A stretch of DNA of 64,000 nucleotides from Octopus bimaculoides (taxonomy: Eukaryota), in the NCBI RefSeq assembly GCF_001194135.2, contig NC_068983.1, positions 100,095,998 to 100,159,997 on the forward strand, in the 5' to 3' direction. How positions within the stretch are numbered: position 1 is the stretch's first letter; each line of letters begins with the position of its first letter. Of this stretch, positions 27,097-39,863 are shown one piece after another. The notes under the pieces were generated by a model that did not search any database, was not told the DNA's origin, and saw nothing but the letters and a program-made list of their open reading frames with translations. A program made the position numbers and the translations under genes.

Positions 27097-27600
27097 GGCG
27101 CAGGCATGTTTATGTACTTAAGAAGTTCATTTTGCAACCGAGTGGTTTCGAGTTCAGTCCCACTGTGTCGTGTCCTCTTCTCTATCTTTAGTCCGACATG
27201 CTTTATGAGCGAATTTAGTTGACAGAAACTGTGAAACTCGTCGTGTGTGTATGTGCATACGAATGAATATGTGTACGTGTATATACGTATGTGTATTATG
27301 TGCGCGCGCGCGAGCGTATGTATATGTTGTGTGTGTGTGTGTGTGTGTGTGTGCGTGCGTGTGGGGGGGTGCATGCGCGCACGCGTGTGTAAGTGCGTGT
27401 CTTTGCGTTTGTCTCCACGCCACTTCACAGCCAGTTTTGATTTGTTTACGTCTTCGTAACCTAGCGGTTCGGCAAAAGAACTTAATAGAATAAGCACCAA
27501 ACTTTAAAAAAATAAGTACTGGGATCGATTTGTTCGACTAAATCCTTCAAGGTAGTGCTCTAGTATGGCCGCAGTTCAATGACAAAAGCAAATAAAAGAA
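27097..27600 (+). mobile_element. Diverged family B SINE
   Basis: Head, GTTCAGTCCCACTG, internal TG repeats, TAACCTAGCGGTTCGGCAAAAG tail. Confidence 0.8.
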
Positions 27601-27880
27601 TAACAGAAAGAATAGAAGTTATTACAGATTCAGAAGTCTGATCCTTGCAAGGAAAGTCAAAAGAAAAGCATGAATATTCACAGATTAACTTATATTCATG
27701 CTTAGAGTTAGTAGGGAGAAGACCCTTGAAATGAACACTGAATATTCAAAGTTGCTTAGGTACTTAAACAAAATTGTTTTTATGCATTTCAGAAATATTG
27801 AAATTTAATTCGTGAACAGATTGAATAACTACTTCGATAGCACCTTTTTTACAGAATAAGCTAATGGATTTATTCACAGA

Positions 27881-28026
27881 TACGATGCGGTATCAAAAGG
27901 TTCCCGGACTAGTTATGTTTAGTAAAAAAAATAACTTATTTGCCTAAGTTTTAATATCATCTCCTTTGAAATAGTCATATTGTGCAGCAATACACTGGTC
28001 CCAGCGTTCCTGCCACTTTTGGAATT
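27881..28026 (-). mobile_element. mariner transposon end (TIR plus transposase C-terminus)
   Basis: TACGATGCGGTATCAAAAGGTTCCCGGAC TIR; minus strand FQKWQERWDQCIAAQYDYFKGD. Confidence 0.8.
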
Positions 28027-30501
28027 CAACCTGGATAAGTGTGTGTATCATATAAAAAGAATAGAGTTATCTTTTCTTGTATGTTGTTGCTGGTTATGTT
28101 TGGTCAACTGCTATCTGCCCAACAAGGAATTAGAGGAAGACAGAGTGAATGTCAAATATAGGGAGACGATAAAATAATACCTTCATGGTGCCTAACATTT
28201 AAACAGCAATGGTGCTGTGATAAGACACTGTGTCATAGTTGACATTCTCACTGGTAAGCCTTCTCTCAGTTGAATTATCTCGCTAACTGGATTTTGCCTG
28301 AGGTCGCCTCTCTGTCATCTCCTTTTTGCCAACTAGTTTCTCCATAACTAACTTTTGCTTGGGAATCTTCTCTATATATATATAGTTATCCCAAAATCGC
28401 AAGAAAGAGATCACCGTTATCCAGACAATGGGTATTTTGGAAAGTTTATTGTTCTGTCAATTTAACTCTCCACCGCATACAAAAGGTTAGAAGGGGTCAA
28501 GTGGCAAAGACATTATTCTGCTTAGCGAAGGCATCTGGCAAATGTAACTGCTGTCAACTTAATGTTTCTCTATGGAAAAAGTTCGTTGTGCTGTTAAGTG
28601 AAATTTGGCGATTGAGGATCGAATCCATGCTATGCCTGCATGATCCACTACATACAGCTTCCCCACCAGAGAGGTTCCAGGAAAAGGAAACGAACGATAG
28701 AGGAAGAGAAGGAAATGCATGGCTGAGGGAAAATTTTACATATCAGGAGAGATGATCATTGAAGTGGATATGGGAATTTTTCTATTCGGATAAGTCCGAA
28801 TAGCAGTGTCGCTTCGCGTGTCAAAATGTGCAGTCAGTGACTGGGTAGCGCAGAAAATGAGTTAGCGCGTGCGTGCGCGTGAGGGCGTATACATGAGTCC
28901 AGGTGCACGCATCAAAATTCACTGTAAAATAAGCTCAGGTGATTGAGTGAGTGTATTCTCAATCCATGATATCGTAGATCTTCCTGCAAGATTGTAATGT
29001 GAGAAATGCCTTGAAGTTTTTTCAGAAGTGAAATGTGTCTGGCGTGTTGTCGTGGGTAATTGCTGAGGTTAGTAAGAACGACAATGTAGCATGCTGGAGT
29101 GACGCGCAAGACAGGTAATTTTCTCTATTTATTACGTGACCAAACAGGGGTCTAACAGAAGGAAATTATGTCAAACATGAGCGCAGAGCATGTGAACATC
29201 CGACGTGCATTGAGTCGGGAAAAGAGTTGAGCTGGCATAGACGTGTTGAAAAACAAGGCAGTAGAGGCATAATAGAGTTGCGTGTGTGTGTGTGCAAGTA
29301 GGTGGCGCAAGGCTGAAGCAGTAATGCTAGTGCATTGATTACAAATACAGTGTACAGTGTTGAATATGTCAGTGATTAAGGCAGTGCTGAATATGCCAGC
29401 CAGTGCATGAGGTATTAAATGGTTTGAATGTGCAGGAGCAAAAGTGTGGCATGCTGGCGCGTTGTAAGGGATAAACAACTTTCTCTATGTATATGTGACC
29501 GACTTAGGGTCTTACAGGGGCGAGTTGTGTCTACAAGGGCGCAGGGAGCATGAAAAGCAAGCGAGAAAGGCATGTATGGTGCATGAATGTGACAGTGATA
29601 ACATGTATGTGTGTATGAACAATGTGTGCAGATGCGTGCGCAAGGCCAGGCGCCGAGGAAAGGTGCATGCGTGTGTGTATGTAACAATACAAACATTTTC
29701 AAGTGAACGAAAAAAAGTACATGCAAAATATGAATGATAATATAGAACATTCAAAAAGATATGCACATAAAATTTAGTTGCATCGCGAAATATGGGCATT
29801 GCGGAATGTGTGTATCGCGGTATATGTGCATCGCGATAAATGTGTAACTCGTAAACAAATGAAAGTGTGCAGAACAGAATAAAATAAGCAAAAATGACAA
29901 ACTTAGCTGAAAATAGTGTCCTTTGTTAAAAGTCTAGTGCATGCAAAGAAAATGATGTGCATGCAAAGAAAAGATGTACATGCAAAGAAAATGAATTGTT
30001 GAAAGTCTACGTGAGATTCTTAGATACATGCAAAAGTTTGTAGACAATGCAGAGTTTGTACGTTGGGACGAGACGAAAAGCGTGTGCGTACTGAAAAGAT
30101 TGCATGTGCGGGCTTCCGTATTTTCTTCCAGTTAGTTTCTGGGGTGGCAAACTTAGGTGTCAAGATGTTGTGCGTCGGCAGTGTTGCGTTGTTGTGAAGT
30201 GCATCGTAGATTACTTTTCAGTATAGTGCTTTCTGTTACGCGTACTGTAACAAGTGGAACGAGGAAACAAGTGGTAACGAAGGTTGTCATTCCTTAACTT
30301 GGGGATCAGCAAAATGCAGCGGCATGTAGCATCAGAAAATAGCAATTGTTTTTAGACGGGGTCACCGGGGTAATCGATGGATGCGAAGGTGAAGGCGAAG
30401 GCTGCAATTCTTTAACTCAGTGTCACCAATTGTAATGATAAAGATTTATTGCAATGGCATGTTGTAAGATATGAAAGATGAACAGTGATTGAAGCTGTAT
30501 A

Positions 30502-30939
30502 TTATATCCAAAACCACGACGGGTTGGTATATATAATTAGTAAATGGAAAAGCATGCGAGGTAAAAAAGTTAATTTCGGCCGGGACGTGTACACGATTTC
30601 ATAGTAGTATATATATAGAGAGAGATGGTAATGTTACAGAGAAAGAAAGTGAGTTAGTGAGAACCGAGTTTGGCTGACCGGCTGAACAAAACGCCGTCAC
30701 TAATGGAAAAGGCACAAAGGGACTTTTGTGGTAACTCACCAACGAAACAGTTGTTTCGTCCCACCACTTTCACTTTCACTAACTCACTTTCTTTTCTCTG
30801 TAACATTAACATATCTCTTTATGATATATACTACTATGAGATCATGTGCACACCCCAGTCGAAATTAACTCTTTTTACCTCGCATGCTTTTCCATTTACT
30901 AATTATACATACCAACCCGTCGTGGTTTTGGATATATAA
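30502..30939. mobile_element. Foldback MITE with ~160-bp inverted arms
   Basis: 30502-30660 is the reverse complement of 30776-30939 (e.g. TATCCAAAACCACGACGGGTTGGTAT / ATACCAACCCGTCGTGGTTTTGGATA); TA-rich termini. Confidence 0.85.
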
Positions 30940-32340
30940 CAAAAGAACGATAAATAAAGATATCTCGATATCTCTTTACAACTTCAATCACTGTTCATCT
31001 TTCACATCTTACAACATGCCGTTGCCCTAAATCTTTACCGTTACATATCTATCTATTTATCTATCTATATCTATCTATCTATCTATCTATATATATATAT
31101 ATATANNNNNNNNNNNNNNNNNNNNNNNNNNNNNNNNNNNNNNNNNNNNNNNNNNNNNNNNNNNNNNNNNNNNNNNNNNNNNTATATCCATAAAAAGGCA
31201 AGATATTCTCGGATGGAATGCCTTTTGACCATAGAGCTGTTTATTCAAGGTAGAACAGAAGCTAAACAAGAACAAAAATTGCCATTGTAATCATTTCCTT
31301 GTAAATAGTACTGGCCCTTTCAGAACATCTCTTATTTACTATTGCAATCGGTGGCGGTGGTCGAAATGGTTAACGATTCAAACCTCGGTGCTTAGCTTGC
31401 TTCTTAGTTATTTCTGACTTGATATTTCATTAAGGACGCTTTTCCTTTCTATAAAGCAAGACAGTTCACCGCCCATACCACATGCCTATGCCACGGGAAG
31501 TTATCTAGTTCACAAACGTTACTTAATAACAATTCCATCGGGAGGCGCAGAAGGAGGACGGTTTATTCAATTAGAGCAAATCTCCTGCTGTTAGAGAAAT
31601 TGTTCTGTTAGCGTGTGATATGCGTACGTTTCATTATCCACCAGATTAGGTATTTATCCAACTGATAGATTTATTTGGAAGCTTTCAGAAATTAAATAAA
31701 ATTATGTGTTGTTTAACTTAACCGTTTGCCAGTATAAAACGTTTTTACTGAGCTCTTGTTTTATTCGTTCTGAATAATATATAGCTTTCCTTCGAAAAGA
31801 ATTGGGAATGTTTATCATATACAATGCATGAACGCCTGTGAAATATGTCCTTTGTATCAAATGTGATACATAGGAGAGGCAAACAGTTAAGTCAAGTCGG
31901 TTTGTTGACATCCTTTCAGACAAGAATCCTGAGAACTTCGAAGGCTGAAATAGAGTAAATGTTAAGATTTAGTTTGAAGTAAGATTTGGTTTTTATTTTT
32001 TTAAGCTCCGCGAAATGTTCTGAATGCTTACAAGTTTTAAAAAATATAGAATCTACCATCTTATTTCCTTCCTAATATAGTTTTTAGGAGAATATTTATC
32101 TAACATAGCTTTCTCGTATTGATGTCATTGAAAAACTTCCGGCATACATAAAACGGAGTCTCTGCAGACGACAGCAACTTATGAGAAAATCTGTTTTGTT
32201 TATATCTTAAGCTGATTGCATACCAGGTTTTCATACTTCGTAACCCTATATAATTCAACAACCCCTTGAAAGGTTAATCAGTATTGTTTCAATACTCTGA
32301 AACTGAAACTAAAGCCGAGAAATGATACAAATGTCTGTGG

Positions 32341-32549
32341 CGTATGTATGTATGCATGTATGTATGTATGCATGTATGTATGTATGTATGTATGTATGCA
32401 TGTATGTATGTATGTATGTATGCATGTATGTATGTATGCATGTATGCATGTATGTATGTATGCATGAATGTACATGTCTATGCGTATAGGTATGAATATA
32501 TGTATTTGTATATGCTTGCATGTGTATGTATATAGGTGTGTGTGTGTGT

Positions 32550-32600
<51 letters not shown>
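32341..32600. repeat. (TATG/CATG)n and (TG)n microsatellites
   Basis: Direct reading. Confidence 0.95.
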
Positions 32601-32603
<3 letters not shown>

Positions 32604-35308
32604 GTCAGTGGTGGGTCGTATACAAGCACTACGGAACTGCAGCAACCCCCTATTTCCACTCGATATTATCGATAACATTCAATATAATGAGTCCTTTTCC
32701 CTTTAATTCATTCTTTATACTTGTACATTATATAATCCTTAAGCTTAATGTCAGTAGCCATCCTCTAGTTTATGAAAAAAATACAAAAATCCTTGTATAG
32801 AACTGTGCGCTTCACAGTTCCAGCAACGCGGTGTTTGGCTGTTGTGCACATGCTAACATGTCCGAGATATGAAGCTTCACGCTTGGGAGAGACAGCACTG
32901 TCATTCATGCAGTACCGGTGAAAGGTAGTGTTTCTATTTGACTCCGTGTGTGTTGTGCTTAAAAACGTGTTTATATTCTTGAATGTGAATTCAGCGTAGA
33001 ATTAGATTATTATCCTGCTTACAGCTTCAGTGTTGCTGTCAGAATTTGAGAAATAGGGCAGATTTCCTCTCACCCATTATTTTGTNNNNNNNNNNNNNNN
33101 NNNNNNNNNNNNNNNNNNNNNNNNNNNNNNNNNNNNNNNNNNNNNNNNNNNNNNNNNNNNNNNNNNNNNNNNNNNNNNNNNNNNNNNNNNNNNNNNNNNN
33201 NNNNNNNNNNNNNNNNNNNNNNNNNNNNNNNNNNNNNNNNNNNNNNNNNNNNNNNNNNNNNNNNNNNNNNNNNNNNNNNNNNNNNNNNNNNNNNNNNNNN
33301 NNNNNNNNNNNNNNNNNNNNNNNNNNNNNNNNNNNNNNNNNNNNNNNNNNNNNNNNNNNNNNNNNNNNNNNNNNNNNNNNNNNNNNNNNNNNNNNNNNNN
33401 NNNNNNNNNNNNNNNNNNCGTGTGATGATCGCACGTCTATGTATCAGAAAGTAAATAGAAATCTAGAACATATCTAGATAATTCAGCTGATTGTAATATA
33501 TTCACCTTTTTCCTGTAATGTAAAATTACTAGACAATCTATAGAATAGATTATTTTTACCCCAACAAAATTTCTCTTTTGTAATGAATAAGGCTTTATTT
33601 ATTTATTTATTTATTGTCATATTATCTCAAAGAAATTTAAAGGGTCCACTATAATAGAAGTAGTGTTTACAATACTTTTATTTTTATACACAGCATTTAC
33701 AAATTTATATTTTTGCTCTTGCTTTTTATATTTTGCTTTTTTAGATAGTAGATCTATATTTACTAACAGTACTCGTGGAAATTCCATAGGCCAGTTTCGT
33801 GGCACAATCTCAGCCATAAACATCCCTCTGCTTCTGTCATTTCTTGCATAATGCTTTAATTTATTTCTCGAAAATCTTGTCTATTTTCTTCGGCCATGTT
33901 TTCTTTTCAAGCCTATTTTGTCATTCTGGCTTGTTTGAAATATTCTTACCTATCATCATCGTTCTTCATTCTTTGCCTTCTTTCTTGATTAACAATTCTC
34001 GTGGAGTATATATTTTTTCCTTATAAACTTCAACTCCGTCATCCATCATACAACTGCTAGGTCCATTTCTGGCATTAATTTAATTCCTTTTCTCCTGGGT
34101 TAATATATAAGAATTGGATGAGATATAACGGCTCGAGCATCTCTCCCCAGTTCTTATATTAATTATTAATATCCAGAAATACAACACGAGGGAATACGGT
34201 AACAACAGATCAATAATTTATTCTAGGTTGGTGTAGAGCCGTTTCGTTCCTGGGTGAACAGGTATGCCGCTAGAATACCAAGGAAGCTTCGACCACATGT
34301 CGGTATCGAGTTGAGGGAGCACTGGAAGATACGTGTTGTCACGACCGCTGCTAGATAGAGAAGAGGACGAACGCTATAGCTTTCTCTCCACCTGTTGCAT
34401 TGCGCATGCGTGCCCGGGTATTTCCGCTGACGACAAGTCCTTTGCACATGCGCAATGGCACTTCCCAAGATGGCGGCCAATGGCGGCCACACGCGCAACT
34501 ACAAATACTTCCAGTTGTTTTCGATTCTCCTCTCTTCATTCCTAATACTTATTTCTCTGTTTCAGTTATAAAATAATCGAAGAAGTACCTGACGTTATAA
34601 AGTTTATAACAGTTGTATCCAGGATTTATCGTTATACATCTTTTATGAAGGAAGTTAGGAATACAGTTATTAATACATCGAAAGTTGGAAACTCCAAATA
34701 TATAAGATATACCATACCGTTACACCTCTTTTACAAAGATATTGAAGAACACAGTTATTAATTAATAAACAGATAGTTGGGAAAACCCCGTATCTAAGAC
34801 ATACGATTAGATTCATTTTACGAAGGAAGTTAAAAACAGGGTTACTAATATATAGATAATGACTTGATCTAAAAGGCATGTGTTAAATCGTCAGATAGTG
34901 AGAAAAATGTCAAACAAAAGCTACAGACACGTGCACATATACACATACATACACTCACACGCATACGAATGCTATGGTGTGCGCCAATACCCCACCTCTC
35001 TCTCACACATACACACACAGTTGATTGTCGTCTGCGTAATTAGCATGTGTGCACGCCAATAGCGTTCGTATATGTGCACGTGCCAGAAGTGTTTGAAACT
35101 CTCTTTTTCATCTCCCTCTCTCACTCACTGTTCCTTTTATCCCTCTCTCTATCTCTCTCTCTCTCTCTATCTCTCTATCTCTCTCTCTATCTATCTATCT
35201 CTCTCTCTCTCTCTCTCGTGCACACAGTTAAAATTCTCTTTGCACAGCATGTCAAATCTTTTACTCCACAGGACTCGATCGTTTGTGGCTTTAAAATAAT
35301 AGAAGAAA

Positions 35309-35522
35309 AAGGCGGCGAGCTGGCAGAATCGTTAGCACGCCGGGCGAAATGCTTAGCGGTATTTCGTCTGTCATTACGTTCTGAGTTCAAATTCCGCCGA
35401 GGTCGACTTTGCCTTTCATCCTTTCGGGGTCTATAAATTAAGTACCAGTTGCGTACTGGAGTCGATCTAATCGACTGGCCCCCTCCCCCAAAATGTTGGG
35501 CCTTGTGCCTAGAGTAGAAAAG
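35309..35522 (+). mobile_element. Young family A SINE with 16-bp TSD
   Basis: AAAATAATAGAAGAAA at 35293-35308 and 35523-35538. Confidence 0.93.
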
Positions 35523-36199
35523 AAAATAATAGAAGAAAGAAGACAGGCAGAATTTTTTTAAAACACGGTGAAAAGTGAAGGCGCATGGCGTAATGGCTAG
35601 AGGTGTTGGACTTACAGTCATTTGATTGAGGGTTCGGTCCTTGGGCTGGGCGGTGCCTTGCATATTTGAGTATTTTACGTTGATTCTATGCCTGGAAATT
35701 ACTTCTACGACGGACTCGCGTCTCGATCACTGTGAATGTCTTGTGCTTTCAGTCTTTCAGCCTTAAAAATATAGATAGGCTTCGATCTCATAAGCATATA
35801 GACTCCAGACAAATATATATGATAAAGAAATTGCAAAAATCTTTATATTTTTATTGTTTAAGGTACCACGTCTATAAAAAAAAAACCTTTTCGTTTACTT
35901 TTATTTCAGGAAAACGTAATTGAATGTGACCAAAATGTTCTTTTAGTTTAAATAGCTGATGTAAATACCTACCATATTTTCTGTCATACAAGTCGATGTA
36001 GTATAAACATGTAACATGAGCATTCAAACATCGTTTCTATCTTTCCAAATCCTGTTGCATTTCACATGGAATTTTTAGTCCTCCAAAGCTGTCTTGATGT
36101 CGACTTCGAGTCTAAGTTTTTGTCAAAGTCGACTTTGGCTCTAAGTTTTTGTCTGGAAAATTCAACATGTATACCGAAAAATACGGTAACTTTCTTATT

Positions 36200-36324
36200 A
36201 TTGGTTTCAAATTTTGGTACAAGGCCAGCAAATTGTGGGGCGGTGGTAAGTCGATTACATCGACCCCAGTGCACAACTAGTACTTATTTTATCAACCCCC
36301 GAGAGGATGAAAGGCAAAATCGAC
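36200..36324 (-). mobile_element. 5'-truncated family A SINE
   Basis: Reverse complement of the GCCTTTCATCC...GATAA block and 3' part. Confidence 0.8.
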
Positions 36325-36639
36325 ACTACTTCTATTATAGTGGACCCTTTAAATTTCTTTGAGATAATATGACAATAAATATTATCCTGTAGATGCTGGA
36401 TGTGCTCGCCTGTTTAGTTTGCCCTTGACGGACTCCGAAACAGTTGAAGCGATGCTTCTACGTATTCAAAGATTCGTTACATACGCTAAGCGTGAACTCT
36501 ACCAGATTTAGCCGCACATTAAGAATTAGTTTAGTCAACATGCTGTTTAGTGTCCATAAAAAGTGAAAGTAAATTGCGATAGAAACCGGAAGTGACGACA
36601 GGGTAATTCCATAATTTCATTATAATTATGTGACATGGA

Positions 36640-36852
36640 AAGGCGGCGAGCGGGCAGAATCGTTAGCGCGCCGGACGAAATGCGGTATTTCACCTGTTGC
36701 TACGTTCTGAGTCCAAATTCCGCCGAGGTCGACTTTGCCTTTCATCCATTCGGGGTCGATAAATTAAGTACCAGTAAAACCCTGAGGTCGATGTAATCGA
36801 CTTATCCCCTCCTCCAAAATGGCTGCCCTTGTAGCAAAATTTGAAAACATAA
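36640..36852 (+). mobile_element. Family A SINE
   Basis: Full head and body. Confidence 0.9.
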
Positions 36853-37009
36853 TTATATAATATGAAAACGATTCATAAAGTGTACATGTAGCATTTTCCC
36901 ACAGTTTCTGAACCTATTTCACTACTTATGTTCATATAGATTCGAAGTAAATAAAGCATCACATGTTCCGTATTGTCACCTGAGTTTCTTCTTGGTGAGT
37001 ATTCCTGCC

Positions 37010-37400
37010 CTACGATGGCCTGTGCATATATGCTCTCATTGTTGGATCAACAAAATTTTTTAAATGGTTCACAACTTCACAGCTATATATGAAGGCCTAA
37101 ACTAACATAGGAAGCCTACCTATCGCATCCTTGTGGCTTTACATTCACGTTCATTGTTATGTATACTACGTTGCAGTGATGTGCCCCAACTGCTATTTCA
37201 GAAATGCTCGTGCAAAATGGGTGCTAGTAATTATGAAATTGTGTAATTCCACTAACGACACTTCCGGCGCATTTACTTTCACTTTTTTACGATTCTAAAC
37301 TGCATGTTAACCATTAGTTTGTCACCCCAATTCAAAAACATTTTTGATCGTTCTCGAGCGTTAGTTTATATCTTAAAGCTTTTACTGTTGCTGAAGCTAG
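37010..37400 (-). mobile_element. Merlin (IS1595/ISXO2-like) transposase relic
   Basis: Minus strand CDR*ASYVSL...EVVNHLKNFVDPT resembles the SDxWxAYxxL...VNHSxxFVDPxTG motifs; frameshifted. Confidence 0.5.
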
Positions 37401-38072
37401 AATGTTTCCCATATCGTCTGGAATATCTTTTGAAGTATTGAACATCTATTGAAACAAAGATATGAATGAGAAAAATGGAATTTTGAATAAGGCACAGGTT
37501 TGTGATTCACTATTCTACGCTTGGTTTGATTGATTTCTGTTGTTTGTAAACGGCATTAACGACAATAGTTACATTTAAGACTAAAGCTGGGAACCGCTAA
37601 GTTAACAGGTCTAGAATTTGATTATGTTATAAACTCAATGTTACAAACAATGTGGCAATCTTAACATATATTAAAAAAATTGTAATGAAAAATAGAAGTT
37701 TGAAACAAGCTTTTGGCTTATTCATCACCACTGTTTACAATACATTCCAGTTGTATATAAAATGTTGAGATTTTAGTATGTTATGACGTATTTATACTTA
37801 AAATAAACTTAAAAGAGTAATATGTATTAATTCTTTAAGAGAGTAAATTTGGAGACTCCCATTAAAATATTTTAAAACTTCCAGGCACCGGAAATTTACA
37901 CTAAGTAGCCGAACAGTTTGTTTCCGTTATTTTTTTTTTCTAAATTAAAAAAAAAAAAAAAAAAGTGTATGCATTTTGGGCGGGATAAAGCTGTTATGAA
38001 AAAAGTATGTCATCTGTGTTTTTGTTTTTTATTTCCTGATTTATTTAGTAATCACAACTATTATTATTGCCT

Positions 38073-38157
<85 letters not shown>
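38073..38157. repeat. (TAG)n microsatellite
   Basis: Direct reading. Confidence 0.97.
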
Positions 38158-38158
<1 letters not shown>

Positions 38159-38159
<1 letters not shown>

Positions 38160-38378
38160 AGGCGACGAGCTGGCAGAATCGTTAGCACTCTGGACGAAAT
38201 GTTTAGAGGTATTTCGCCCGTGGCTACGTTCTGAGTTCAAATTCCGCCGAGGTTGACTTTTCCTTTCATCCTTTTGAGGTCGATAAATTAAGTACCAGTG
38301 AAACATTGGGATCGATAAAATCGACTTATCCCCTCCACCAAAATTGTGGATCTTTTGGCAAAATTTGAAACCATTATT
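38159..38378 (+). mobile_element. Family A SINE
   Basis: Full head and body. Confidence 0.9.
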
Positions 38379-38783
38379 ATTAGTAGTAGTCCTAAGATGG
38401 AGAACACCCATAGCCTCAACTAGAGTGAAGGAATAATATTGTGGGTTTGTTACAGGTGGAATATTGCTGAACATCAGCAACTTAGTGTTTGAGAATTTCA
38501 GATTTAAAAGTCGAGTAGAATTCTTGTAACTTGTAAAAGAATGAATTTATTCTCGTTTCAGATCATCGTAAAACATCTTAAGGTGGCCTTCGTTAATGCA
38601 GCTGTCATATTTTGATAGTGAATAGCATTCAGTATTATGATACACAATTCACTATGCTTTCATGCGATGTTCTTCATGCTACCGTTTATCTGTTGTCGAA
38701 TTTTTGCGAAACAAATAGGTTTTCATTAATCTTTAACTTGCTCCTGATTAGAGTATGATAATTATTATTACTATTATTATTAC

Positions 38784-38843
<60 letters not shown>

Positions 38844-39469
38844 GTGGATTATTATTAAGAACATAGATTAATAGTCTTATTAGATTTCTTTTTCAGTTTA
38901 GAATAGTGAAATCGATAATTTTAAGTCCATTTGATTGGTAGCAGATAAAAAATTTAAATTGATAAGGTAGAACTATAATTTAAAATCATACAACAATTTC
39001 CAAAGGAATTTCTGGCTGACAAGTTGTATCACGAGCGAGTTTGTTTTTCGGGTAATCATAGCAGAGACGTGTACAAACTTTCAGAATGGCAAGGGCTCTG
39101 TTTCAAAAGGTACACCCCTAGAATATTTGAAAGTGAAATCCACATTACCATATATATTATGCACACGAGAAAAATATACTTAAATTCCAATAACCCCAAT
39201 GTATTATTTTTATATGCAAAACTGATTGATTAAAACAAAACAGGGCAAATATATTTTAAAAGAAATATTTTCAAAAAATATGAATGTATTGCAAAATTGG
39301 AGTCTCTAATACTTATTCAGTTTTATTTGTATTGCCTTTTATCTTGCGCATCATAAATCACAGTATTCCGACGTATATACAGGAACAATATGAAACCATA
39401 AATTAAAGTTTTATTGATGTATACTGTGGACTGTATGAAGTTAACAGATCTCTAGAAGCAATTAAAAAC

Positions 39470-39820
39470 AATAAAACGTCCTTTGTCGAAAGACACCTGT
39501 TGTTATGTCCTTTATTTGCATTTGTATTTGTGTACCATCACTCCGTTTTTTCCGTCTTTGTTTTCGTATACATTCGCTGCTTTCTTCCAAGGAATCTAGT
39601 GGTCTTAGCTTAGTTTTTCCTTGAAGCTGGACAGATTGGACCAATCTCGAGTATAACCAGCCGAAATTGCAACGATAATCTGGAACTCGACTGAAGAAAG
39701 AAAACTCCGAATGACCCGTCCTTGTTCGTTCGTATCGTCTGTCTGGATATTTTGTTGTCCACTTTTTCGTATCATCTAACTGTCTGGATGTTTTGCGTTC
39801 TTGTCCTATTTTTGGTATTC

Positions 39821-39863
<43 letters not shown>

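Larger units (their letters stand above)
33608..36381. repeat. Perfect 59-bp inverted repeat pair (33608-33666 / 36323-36381) bracketing ~2.7 kb
   Basis: TATTTATTGTCATATTATCTCAAAGAAATTTAAAGGGTCCACTATAATAGAAGTAGTGT and its exact reverse complement. Confidence 0.85.
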
